Of a stretch of 64,000 nt of DNA, positions 26,481 to 37,395 are shown piece after piece. Below the pieces are notes generated by a model that ran no database searches, was not told the origin of the DNA, and saw only the letters and a program-made list of their open reading frames with translations. Position numbers and translations under genes: made by a program. Position 1 is the stretch's first letter. Every line of letters starts with the position of its first letter. The DNA is from Felis catus. Its lineage: Eukaryota. Location of the stretch: the NCBI RefSeq assembly GCF_018350175.1, contig NC_058368.1:65722001-65786000 (forward strand), given 5' to 3'.

Positions 26481-26716
26481 GGAGTGCCTAAGTGGCTTAG
26501 TCAGTTAAGGGTCTGACTCTTGATTTCAGCTCAGATCATGATGTCACGGTTTGTGGGTTCAAGCCCCGCTTCAGGCTCTGTGCTGACAGCACGAAGCCTG
26601 CTTAGGATTCTCTTTCCCTTTTGCCCTGCCCCTCCCCCACTCACATGTGCAAGCGTGTGCGTGTGTGTGTGTGTGTCTGTGTGTGTGTGTGTGCTGTCTC
26701 TCTCTCTCAAATAAAC
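26481..26716 (+). mobile_element. Can-SINE with (GT)n; tail interrupted by the next SINE
   Basis: Head ggagtgcctaagtggcttag; tail resumes at 26946. Confidence 0.9.
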
Positions 26717-26945
26717 TTTTATTTTTATTTATTTTTGACGTTTATTCATGTTTGAGAGACAGAGATGGAGCATGAGCAGGGAAGGGGCAGAGAGAGAGAG
26801 AGAGGGGGAGACACAGAATCTGAAGCAGGCTCCAGGCTCTGAGCTGTCAACACAGAGCCCGACACGGGGATCGAACCCACCAACTGTGAGATCATGACCT
26901 GAGCCAAAGTCGGATGCTCAACTGACTGAGCCACACAAGTACCCC
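26717..26945 (-). mobile_element. Can-SINE inserted antisense into the tail of the previous SINE
   Basis: TSD aaataaac(t/c)ttt at 26709-26720 and 26951-26962. Confidence 0.9.
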
Positions 26946-27409
26946 TAAATAAATAAACCTTTAAAAAGTAGGTACACATCCTCATTTCTCTTTGTTATCT
27001 CTTTATTTTGCAATAAGACTTCAGTTTAATAAGATTGCAGTTTATACTGTGTACGTATTACTACGTTGATTATTTTTCTTCCTATATTGTGAGTTTCAGG
27101 AGGTCATACCTTTTCCTTTATTTTTATATTTTTACTGTTGAATCCACTGTTATTAAAGTAGTTTGTGGCACATAGAGCAAACACTTAGATATTTGTTGAA
27201 AGAACTCATTTGTATGGTTTATAAAATTTACATACTGTTGTATATTAAGTGTCCAGTATTTTGTCTATAATTTGGTTCCAAAAATTTAAAAACAACAAGT
27301 ATTGCTCATAATATTATGAATATATAAATAACATGCATGGGAAGATCCCTCAGTGTGGTTGCATCTATACTCGGGAGCTATGTGCATATGCCGCTCAAAG
27401 GAGAATGTT

Positions 27410-27592
27410 CTTCTTCTTCTTCTTTTTTTTTTTTTAATGTTTATTTATGTATTTTGAGAGAGAGAAAGAGAGAATCCCAAGCAGGCTCCCAGTGCAGAGC
27501 CCGACACGGAACTCAGTCTCACATACCGTGAGATTATGACCTAAACCTAAATCAAGAGTTGGACACAACTGATGGAGCCAACCAGCCGCCCT
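27410..27592 (-). mobile_element. Can-SINE, older
   Basis: TSD tcaaaggagaatgtt on both sides. Confidence 0.88.
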
Positions 27593-27849
27593 TCAAAGGA
27601 GAATGTTTTAAGCATCAAGGTCAAATGTCTCATTTTTAATAACCCATCAATTGCTCAAAACAATAACATACTTTATTTTTTATATTTTTTAGTGGGTTAT
27701 TTGTCAATTTTTATTTTCCATTGAATTTTCAACTATATTTCATTTATCTTGACAGACGTGGTGAGTGTGATTTTCAACCATATCTCTAGAATAACCTGGT
27801 TCCTGACTGTATCATTTGTCAAGTATCTGAAAGTGGGGAAACTTCTTTA

Positions 27850-28720
27850 AGCATACTCTGAAGTTGCCATCATTGATTTCTTTCCTTGGAGTTACAAAGT
27901 CAAGTCCTCTTTCTGGGTCCCACAGTTTCTCTCTGTTGGATTATTTTCTTGTGTTATTTAGCCAGAGTGCTCATGAGATGTGCTTTGAGTATAAATACAT
28001 CTAATAATGTCTTTATTTTGCCCTGATATACACGGTGGATGGTTGGTTATGTGTGGATTATGTGTTGAAATCCTTTTTCTCCTGACATATTATTCATTTT
28101 TGTAAGCATCTTTTGTCATAAATAAGAAGTCTAACACCAATCAGAGTCATGTTCCTGTGGAGGACTTTTTTATCCCATACTCTGTAACTTTTTGTTTTTA
28201 TCTTTGACATTTCTTTTTTTTTTTAATTTTTTTTAACGTTTATTTATTTTTGAGACAGAGAGAGACAGAGCATGAACGGGGGAGGGGCAGAGAGAGAGGG
28301 AGACACAGAATCGGAAACAGGCTCCAGGCTCTGAGCCATCAGCCCAGAGCCTGACGCGGGGCTCGAACTCACGGACCGCGAGATCGTGACCTGGCTGAAG
28401 TCGGACGCTTAACCGACTGAGCCACCCAGGCACCCCTATCTTTGACATTTCTTGAGCATGTGTTTGTGTATTTTGTTTGTTTGTTTTTGCATGTTTTCTC
28501 TATTAGTATGTGGATTTTTTTGTCTTCAGTCCAGAGTATTTATTTCCTTTTGGAAAACATTTTCCTTTTATTTCTTTAATTATTTCCTCTTCTTTTTTGC
28601 CTTTTCTCATTTATTAGATGAGGTAATTTCAGACATTTCTGGGTTGATCCTCTACCTCTTTTAATAATTCTTCTAAAATTTATTTTGACCTATCTTCTAA
28701 GAGAAGACCTATTATTTGTT
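27850..28720 (-). mobile_element. Very old L1M/HAL1-like fragment
   Basis: aatgtctttattttgccct...gaagtcta...gttcct resembles antisense old L1 ORF1. Confidence 0.45.
28216..28436 (-). mobile_element. Can-SINE, young SINEC_Fc-type
   Basis: Perfect 17-bp TSD tatctttgacatttctt at 28199-28215 and 28437-28453. Confidence 0.97.
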
Positions 28721-29656
28721 ATTTGTTCATTTATTTACGCTTCTTACAAACTTCAGTAACTATGTATTTAGCTTTTACAGTCTTCCTCCCCACCGCCTCT
28801 TCTTTTTCTTCTTTGCCTTCTCTTTCTCCTCCCCTCCTCTCTCCTATACCCTTCCTGCCTTTTCCTCCTACTCTCCTAAATGCAATTTTGGAATCAGTGG
28901 TTACATACATTGATTCACAATTGGAGCAGAGCTCTCTCCTACTGGAACATTTCAGAGTTCGGGAGGGGGTTCCTGATATATTACATCATGCACTGACTAA
29001 GGGGGAGTAGTTCTGTACTTCAAGAACTAGGGGAACTGAAAAGTTAAACATCCCAGCACAACTTTTAATTGGGGCCAAGTAGAACATCCAGCAGTCCATG
29101 AGCATTGAGTGTTCACCCAGGAGCTTGAAAAAGTCAAGGAGTTAATTAGAACTTAGGAAAGACTGGCTCAGGAGAAGGAGCCCAGAAGGACTCTGTGTGC
29201 TTTCCTGTGCATGAGAAAATGCTGACCCAGGCTTTTCAAACCTAACTTTGTGCAGCCAGGATTGAGAAGTTTAGGTTGGCGCATTTACCCACGGATAATA
29301 AATTTAATTCAAAGAGAGAAGTAAAAATACACAAGGAGGGGTTAGAATATAAAAAGGAGCTTGTGAGGAAAGGCCAAGTCATAGGCTATGTGAAACAGTA
29401 TGTAAATATGTCCTCTTGGCTTTCAGAGAATGGAAAAGGAAGGTAGGGGAGACACACATAGTTGGGAAGGAACAGACAACCTTATTAATCCACACAATAG
29501 CAGTATACAGAAATGTCTCTGTTCATACACAGAATTAAAGCATTATATCATTGCATCCAAAGTTCTAAATTGTTTCCACTTTCTCATTCCCCATGTAAAT
29601 AATCCTTAAAACGTATTAGGAATATGTTTTATTGATTTTTTAAAAAAAATATTTTT

Positions 29657-29870
29657 GGGGCGCCTGGGTGGCGCAGTCGGTTAAGCGTCCGACTTCAGCC
29701 AGGTCACGATCTCACAGTCCGTGAGTTCGAGCCCCGCATCAGGCTCTGGGCTGATGGCTCAGAGCCTGGAGCCTGTTTCCAATTCTGTGTCTCCCTCTCT
29801 CTCTGCCCCTACCCCGTTCATGCTATGTCTCTCTCTGTCCCAAAAATAAATAAAAAACATTGAAAAAAAA
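29657..29870 (+). mobile_element. Can-SINE, young SINEC_Fc-type
   Basis: TSD aaaaaaaatatttttg. Confidence 0.96.
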
Positions 29871-31101
29871 AATATTTTTGTCAGCCTCAAAAGTCTTTGT
29901 ACTGGATAGTATCCACATAAGCACAAGATCCTAGGTTTTCTCTAGGAATTGTGGTGAATGAAATCATTTAAGCAGGTATGAAAACAGCCTTAATTCTATG
30001 TAGATGTATCCAGTGTACCCACAACTGAAAGTTCCTTTTTCATTGTTTTTAACAAGTGAAAAACAAATGTTTCATATCTACCACAATCCTGTTTTCTGCT
30101 TAAGGAAATCTTTCTCAGTGCTATCCTTTATTTTTTCTAAACACTTTTTCTCTATCATAACTCAAGATGAGCAAATTTGGTCTTTTATCAGTATCAGGTA
30201 AACCTGAGGGAAGGCACTCCTGAGGGTGAAAATGCTTCTAGAAGAAGGTGTTAGCATAAACCGTATTTAACCAGTTCACAACATCAGGGCTCTTAAAAAT
30301 CAAAAGAAAGACAAAAGGAAATGTTATATCCGTGTGTATAAAGATTATAATGCTCTTAACACTGTAGTTACTCCAGGAAATAATGTGGGGCACAGTTATA
30401 AATACAAAGCTGTCCAACTAGACATGCTTCTCTCTGTGTACAATGAAACCGCTTCAGTCTCTGTGTTTTATATTGAGGATTTAGCTCAGTACATGCGCCA
30501 GTACGTTACTTTATGATGGCTTACTATTACTGTATCTCTTACATCCATGGAAAATGCCAATCTTTCTTAGAGCAAATTGTTTCCAGTGAAGGCAGCAGGA
30601 CTTCAAAGCAGAGTAAGTGAAAACAGAAATGTAAGGGTGTCCTACAAGAACAGCCTTGGCACTGGTATAAACCCACTGTGTCCCTCAACCCGGCTCTTCC
30701 TCTGCCTTATGGAAAACACTAACCATGATCAGTCTGACATCAAGACATACAGAAACCTCCTTGGCTGCCTAAAACAGAGCCTAAGTGATTCTTGCTGCTC
30801 CTGTATGGTGTTTTTCAAATGAGGAAAAGACTGGGAATTTTTCTTTTTGAAGTATAGAATTAATACATTCCTTGGTGGTGATGTATTCTCACAGCTCATG
30901 GGGTTGACCTTCCATTGTTCTTATAATCTTGGCACTTTTCATGTGTATTACAAGTTTATCATACTCTTTGAAATCTAGAGTTCCATGCATAATTTAAAAA
31001 CCTTGATATGAAGTACTTGGTGTTTAAACCATTGTTCCATCATACCTAAGGTATCATCAAGACTTCAGGGACTGGAAGGTGTCATCAAGACTTCACTCAC
31101 G

Positions 31102-31271
31102 AGGCACACCTGGGTGGTTTAGTTGGTTAAGCACCTTACTTTGGCTTAGGTCATGATCTCACAGTTTGTGGGTTCCAGCCCTTCATCAGGCTCTGTGCTG
31201 ACAGCTCAGAGCTTGGAGCCTGCCTCAGATTCTGTCTCCATCTCTCTTTGCCCCTCCCCAATCACGCTCTG

Positions 31272-31329
<58 letters not shown>

Positions 31330-31392
31330 CCTCTCTCTCTCTCCCCCTCTCTCTCTCTCTTAAAAATGAATAAGCATTCAAAAAAAAAAAAA
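31102..31392 (+). mobile_element. Can-SINE with long (CT)n
   Basis: Head, (CT)n, A tail; TSD aagacttca. Confidence 0.92.
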
Positions 31393-32751
31393 AAGACTTC
31401 AGGTACTTATAGCTTTTCTATCACTAACCATGACATTTGCTTGGAAGGGAGGATGGAAGGACAAGACTGTGAGACAAAATCTTCATTAATACCTTTGTCT
31501 AAATTTGAGTAATTATAACCTATAAAATAATGGTATTCATTTTTTATTGAGCCTTAAAGAGTTGATGCAGAGGTCAAATATAAAACAATTTGACTTAGAT
31601 TAATTAAATAAACAAATGCAAATGTTAGAAATTATACCCCCAAAAGGGATTATTTTAAGAAGTTCACAAATGGTAAGAAGTGATTAAGAACTTTGAGAAT
31701 TTTACTTACAAAGAGATCTTATGAAATATGCTCGCAACAGGGGCTCTTCTGCATGCAAACACAACATTTTAATGAATGAACAGAAAACCAAAGAGGAATG
31801 TAGGTTATTATAATAAGCAATATATACTATAATGGTTGAAATGCACTCTGGAAACATGAATGAATTTAATCAAAATAATATCTTTTGTCCTGTTTTAATG
31901 GCAAATGAGTAGTAAAGATAACTAAACTTATGGCAACGTGAAAAGAAAGGGGGGGGTGCTACACAGCACACTTAGAAATGTCTGCTTGATGAAGTTGAGC
32001 GGCTGGGGGTGGGAAGCAGTATTTTGAAGACTCATCCCTGGGTCTGTGATTTTATGGAACAGATGAAAAGAAAATCTCCATTTTTAGCAGCCAACTGCTT
32101 AATGTCAGACAGATGTTATAACCATGATTATAGGATTTTATTTAATTCAGAACAAAAGTATTTGGGTCTTATCTTGGCATGAGAGCTGGCTTTGTAATGA
32201 CGACAGAGCACAGTTTAAACATTACACTAAACTATCTATGAATGGTCAACCAAACAATACGTGAATAGCCAATTACTTAGGGAATTTTTGTTTTTAGTAT
32301 AGTTTTCTGAAAGAGGTTATCCCTTGCTGGTTTGAGCTCGAGCCCATCGTTGGCCCTATTTATTATTTTTCTATGTTACAAATTGCCCTTGGTGCCCATA
32401 TGAGTAAGTTAAAATCAGATTTTCTCTTTTCCCTTTTAATGGATTCACATATGGAAGTGTCTAGATTCTCTAAGATTCTAGTATATCTTTATGTGTACAT
32501 TTGAACCAGTTATGGAAAATAAACCCCAAATTAAGGACAGGACCTCTTCTGTATGACTTCTTTTTGAGCCAGAATACAATAAAAAAGCTAGCTAAGAAGA
32601 TCATATTGATCATTAGCTGAAATGGTATGATCATAAGATCATTAGCTGACATAGTATGTTAAACAATTAGAACTAAAATAATTTTAATGGTCTCTCAATA
32701 GGCTTTGTCTTTTACCTTTCTTTAAAAAAATCCTTTTATTTTAATATATTG

Positions 32752-32848
32752 TTTTTTTAACAGCATTAGTTGTCATTAGGTTATTTAACAGCATTAGTTG
32801 TTTTTAGGTTTTAGGTTTTTAACAGCATTAGTTGTCATTAGGTTATTT
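32752..32848. repeat. Local triplication of ttaacagcattagttgt
   Basis: Three copies with ttttagg filler. Confidence 0.92.
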
Positions 32849-33099
32849 TGGAAAAAAAAATGATTGCAGTGTAATATAGAACCACTTGTTCCCATAATCC
32901 CTCTTGTTAAGGAATTCTATGCTGGATGAAAGAGAGTTATCCATCAGCAGAAAATTCTCAGGTTTCCCTTGAAGGTATTTGCTTATTTATCTATACCCAC
33001 TTTTCAATTGTATTCTAGATCATGATGCCCATACAAATGGGTATTACACACTTAATTAATTAATGTAATTAATGTAGGCTTGTTTAGATAAATGCTACT

Positions 33100-33372
33100 C
33101 GCAGCTCCTGAGTGGCTCAGTCATGTAAGCATCCGACTCTGGCTCAGGTCATGATCTCAGTTCGAGCCTTTGGCTCAGTTCAAGCCCTACATCGGGCTCT
33201 GTGCTGACAGTTCAGAGCCTGGAGCCTGCTTTAGATTCTGTGTTTCTGTCTCTGTCTCTGTCTCTGTCTCTCTCTCCCTACCTCCCCCCCGCCCCCTCCC
33301 CCGAACACTTGTACTCTCAGTCTCAAAAGTAAAACAATAAACATTAAAAAAAATAAAAAATAAAAAAAAAAG
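33100..33372 (+). mobile_element. Can-SINE
   Basis: ctcctgagtggctcagtc...gagcctggagcctgc...A tail. Confidence 0.9.
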
Positions 33373-33385
33373 GTAAGTGCTACCC

Positions 33386-33652
33386 CAGTGTCATCTGCAA
33401 ACCAATGCTATTCCCCAAACTGTTCCTGGTTCATGAAGAGGTAAGAACAGACATTTGGGAAGAAATGTTTAGAAACTTTTTTGGTAGTTTAACAGAGTAA
33501 TTTTATGTCTGCTGAATTAATAATTAAAATGCCTGTGTATTTTATATCTTTTTCCCCATTGTATTTTTTTTTGCATTTTACAAGTATAATATTGATTTGT
33601 GACAAATTGGGGAAAACATTGCACTTACAGCAGAGAAAACTTGAAAAGCCTT
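33386..33652. mobile_element. hAT-Charlie-like DNA transposon relic (Charlie4a/MER80-like)
   Basis: gtttagaaacttt...acagagtaattttatgtctgctgaat resembles a recalled consensus. Confidence 0.45.
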
Positions 33653-33802
33653 AGGCTGGACTCAAGGGAGCCTAGCATGAAAGGAGAGGAAAGCAGTGAG
33701 CTTTCTGCTGTAGACAGGCTAGATAGAATTAACCAGTGGTTCAGACAGTAATGCATACTGAGGACAAGAATTCCAGCATCGTCTCCGATAATGATTCAAT
33801 AA

Positions 33803-34130
33803 CAGTTGCATCTTGAACAATATGGTTTAAACTGTGTGGGTACACTTGGATGCAGATTTTTTTTCCAATAAATACAGCATAGTAATGTAAATGTATTTTC
33901 TCTTCCTTATGATCTTCTTAATAACTTTTTTCTGTTGCTTACTTTATTGTAAGAATACAGTATGTAACACATATAACATACAAAACATGTGTTGATCGAC
34001 CATTTGTGTTAGCAGTAAGGCTTCCGGTCAACAGTAGGCTTTTAAGTTTGGGGGAGTCAAAAGTTATATGCATGTTTTTGACTGCATGGGGGTCAGTGCC
34101 CCAATCTCCCAATTGTTCATGGGTCAGCTG
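33803..34130. mobile_element. Tigger2-family non-autonomous DNA transposon
   Basis: Degenerate TIRs cagttgcatcttgaacaa ... ttgttcatgggtcagctg followed by TA; typical interior ttactttattgtaagaatacagta. Confidence 0.85.
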
Positions 34131-34568
34131 TACATGTAATTGACTCTCCCAGTTTCTTCTGCAAATCACACTCACCTGTGCTGTGGCACAATGAACGTTT
34201 GCCAGTACTGGGCTCCACTTCTGAATGTCCCTGTGTCTCACCAGTTCTTAACATACTTACTAAGAACAAGTTGTGTTTATTCCCAAAGGATTTTATACTA
34301 GTTGTAATTTCTTGATGAATACCTAAGGGAAGATATCTGTTGTTTTCATGATAAATATGCTGAATGTTTTAGGAAGACTCAATATAATCTAATTGCAAAA
34401 CAAAACGAAACAAAACCCTATTCCCTTCCAAAAAAAATGTAGACCTTGGTGCTGTTAGATAACTATAAAAATTTGAAAGCGGTAAAAGGTATCTATAAGG
34501 ATTTTGCATGTGATTTTCTTCTCATTTGTCTTTAAGTTCCTGTTTCATCTTAAAGAATTGAAATTGGA

Positions 34569-34818
34569 GGGGCTCCTAGGTGGTTCAGTCAGTGAAACAT
34601 TCGACTTCAGCTCAGGTCATGATTGCACGGTTGGTGGGTTTGAGCCCTGTGTCGGGCTCTGTGCTGACAGCTTGGAGCCTGGAGCCTGGAGCCTGGTTTG
34701 GATTCTGTGTCTCCCTCTCTTTCTCTGCCCCTCCTGAGCTCGTGCTCTGTCTCTGTCTCTCTCTCTGTCTGTCTCTCTCTCTCTCTCTCAAAAATAAATA
34801 AATAAACATTAAAATAAA
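34569..34818 (+). mobile_element. Can-SINE
   Basis: TSD aaagaattgaaatt. Confidence 0.93.
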
Positions 34819-35050
34819 AAGAATTGAAATTAGAAATCATAGGCAATGTAGAATTGATGTGGATCATAAAGACAAATCAGTCTTAATTATTAGACATCTA
34901 CTTTAGATTTTTTAAAAAGACCTCTTCCTACATAAAAATATTAGGCAATGAATATATATATATCTACATACATATATTCATATTATGTATATATACATAC
35001 ATATATATGTATATATATAAATGTGCCAGTTAGCCAAATTTTTCATTTAA

Positions 35051-35378
35051 TTAACCAGTTTGTATACAATTATATTAGATGAAAAGACTTGTACTATAGT
35101 TGTACCAAGTGTCCTTACAATTTTCATGTAAATCTTCATCAACATATTTGATGACTAATAATTATTTGCTAATTACTTTAATAAAATATTTATTTTTGAA
35201 TTGGTTACAAAACTGGTTAACCAGTTTGTATACAATTATATTAGATGAAAAGACTTGTACTATAGTTGTACCAAGTGTCTTTACAATTTTCATGTAAATC
35301 TTCATCAACATATTTGATGACTAATAATTATTTGCTAATTACTTTAATAAAATATTTATTTTTGAATTGGTTACAAAA
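35051..35378. repeat. Tandem duplication: two 162-bp copies separated by CTGG
   Basis: 35051-35212 vs 35217-35378; one mismatch seen (C35114/T35280). Confidence 0.97.
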
Positions 35379-36748
35379 TAGAATTAGGTAGAAGTAATGA
35401 CAAATTCTCCCTTGGCTCAGTTAAGAACTGCCATGGAAAGCCAATTTGTTGAGATAAGGCCATTGCTTTAATTAAACTTTTGGAATTTTACAGCCGTCTG
35501 CAAGTATCATGTCAGGAATAAATAGGCTTACGGGGAAACGACTTGACCACCACATTGAGAGAACACAGGAGGTGGTGCTCATTGTTCATCCATTCAGGAG
35601 TGAAACAAATAAGAACACAGTATTTGCCAGTCACTAATTGGCTTCATACACTTAAGGGGAAAAATAGGCAGCTTTTCATCTTGAGAAGCTTATACAGTCC
35701 AATGGGAAAGACAAATATGGTAACAGACTAGATGGACCAAAACTTGGCAGGGTATGATGTAAATGATGTTTCTTGAGAATGTCATTTGAGAGTACACAAA
35801 AGCAAGACAGAACGGCACTCACTGTGTGTGGTGTATTGCCTTCTCTAGTGAAGTAGGTAAGTAGGTACAGAGAGCGATAAAGATGTGGCCAGGAGCTATA
35901 AAAATAACTTTTTTCCTGCTGTTGTTCCTTATGTCCTCTTAACATTAGTCCCCTGCTGATGGGCTTACAAATAATTTTAATTTCCTTCTTTATGCTTGCC
36001 TGTATTTTAATTTTTTTAAAAAATGATCTATTATTTCGATAGTTGGAATTAGCTAATAATGTTTCTGTTCAAATATGTGTTGAGTCTTACAGATTTAGCA
36101 GCAGCAGATCCCGTCAATGTGGCTAGTGTCTCAGGAAAAATTGGCTGGTACCTAAACATCTCTAGGGATGACACATCTAAAATAGTGCCTCTGCCTCCTG
36201 AGCAACAACCTAGACCAACCTGCCCACCGCCAAGACAGGCTCTGGATTGCAAATCCACCTGTTCCTAAGCCAGTTGAGGATTGCTGTGCATAGTAAGGGT
36301 TTGCGTGATGTTGAAATACCTACACTAGTGAAGGCAGGGAAGCTTACCTCTTCCTTCCTATAGAAGGTAGATACCTCCCTTCTATAGCTTGTTTTCCTTC
36401 TGTTCTTTAATATGTAAAAATAGCAAATTTATGGGTTATATTTTATTAAGTGGTGCATTTTTAAAAATTCAAGATGATTGAGTGTAGAGAGTTTCGTATC
36501 TAGGTGGGTTCCTCCGGCACGTTTTGGCGGTCTCTTTGGCAGCCTTTGGCATACATTTAATAAGACAATTAGAAGTCTATAGAAAAGGAAATAATATATG
36601 GCATACAAAGGAGGAAGAAAGTTTTTTTTGGAAGCAATATGTGATATGGCTAATGTCCACTTCCTGTTAATTTTGACATTAGCTAGCATAGCTTAATATT
36701 AGGCAGAAATATTACTAATAAAGAATGTTGGAGAACAAATATCAAGCA

Positions 36749-36795
36749 ACTCATTTAGCAGAAAGCATTTTATCACTCATTTAGCAGAAAGCATT
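36749..36795. repeat. 21-bp direct duplication
   Basis: actcatttagcagaaagcatt at 36749 and 36775. Confidence 0.92.
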
Positions 36796-36970
36796 ATAAT
36801 TATTTTGAATGTATGAGGGAAACTACCTTAAATTTATTTTATGAAGAAGTCTTTATTTACAAGTTTTTCCTTACTTAGATGACATCCTAATAGGTGCTTC
36901 TCTATGTATACATAAAATATCCTATTTTAAACACAAAGTACTAACTATGCATAAGAATGCCATATTTTTT

Positions 36971-37191
36971 GGGGCGCCTGGGTGGCGCAGTCGGTTAAGC
37001 GTCCGACTTCAGCCAGGTCACGATCTCGCGGTCCGTGAGTTCGAGCCCCGCGTCGGGCTCTGGGCTGATGGCTCGGAGCCTGGAGCCTGTTTCCGATTCT
37101 GTGTCTCCCTCTCTCTCTGCCCCTCCCCCGTTCATGCTCTGTCTCTTTCTGTCCCAAAAATAAATAAAAACGTTAAAAAAAATTTAAAAAT
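36971..37191 (+). mobile_element. Can-SINE, young SINEC_Fc-type
   Basis: Perfect 17-bp TSD agaatgccatatttttt at 36954-36970 and 37192-37208. Confidence 0.97.
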
Positions 37192-37274
37192 AGAATGCCA
37201 TATTTTTTGTTTTACTTTTCTTTAAAAATTTTAATATTAAGTGTATCTCTTTTCCATTTCCTTTGTTTTCTTTT

Positions 37275-37395
37275 TCCCTTCCCTTCCCTTCCCTTCCCTT
37301 CCCTTCCCTTCTCCTCCCCTCCCCTCCCCTCCCCTCCCCTCCCCTCCCCTCCCCTCCCCTCCCCTCCCCTCCCCTCCCCTCCCCTCCCCTTCCTT
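37275..37395. repeat. (CCCTT)n-(CCCCT)n compound microsatellite
   Basis: Direct reading. Confidence 0.96.

Larger units (their letters stand above)
26160..27205 (+). mobile_element. L2 fragments split by two SINEs
   Basis: tccaaggtcctttccatgacccacaaag... and 3' end actgttgaatcc...ggcacatag...atatttgttgaa. Confidence 0.55.

Noticed and set aside
32752..32848. CRISPR-like or telomeric repeat
   Set aside because: No unique spacers, eukaryotic context, and TTTTAGG is not a TTAGGG array.
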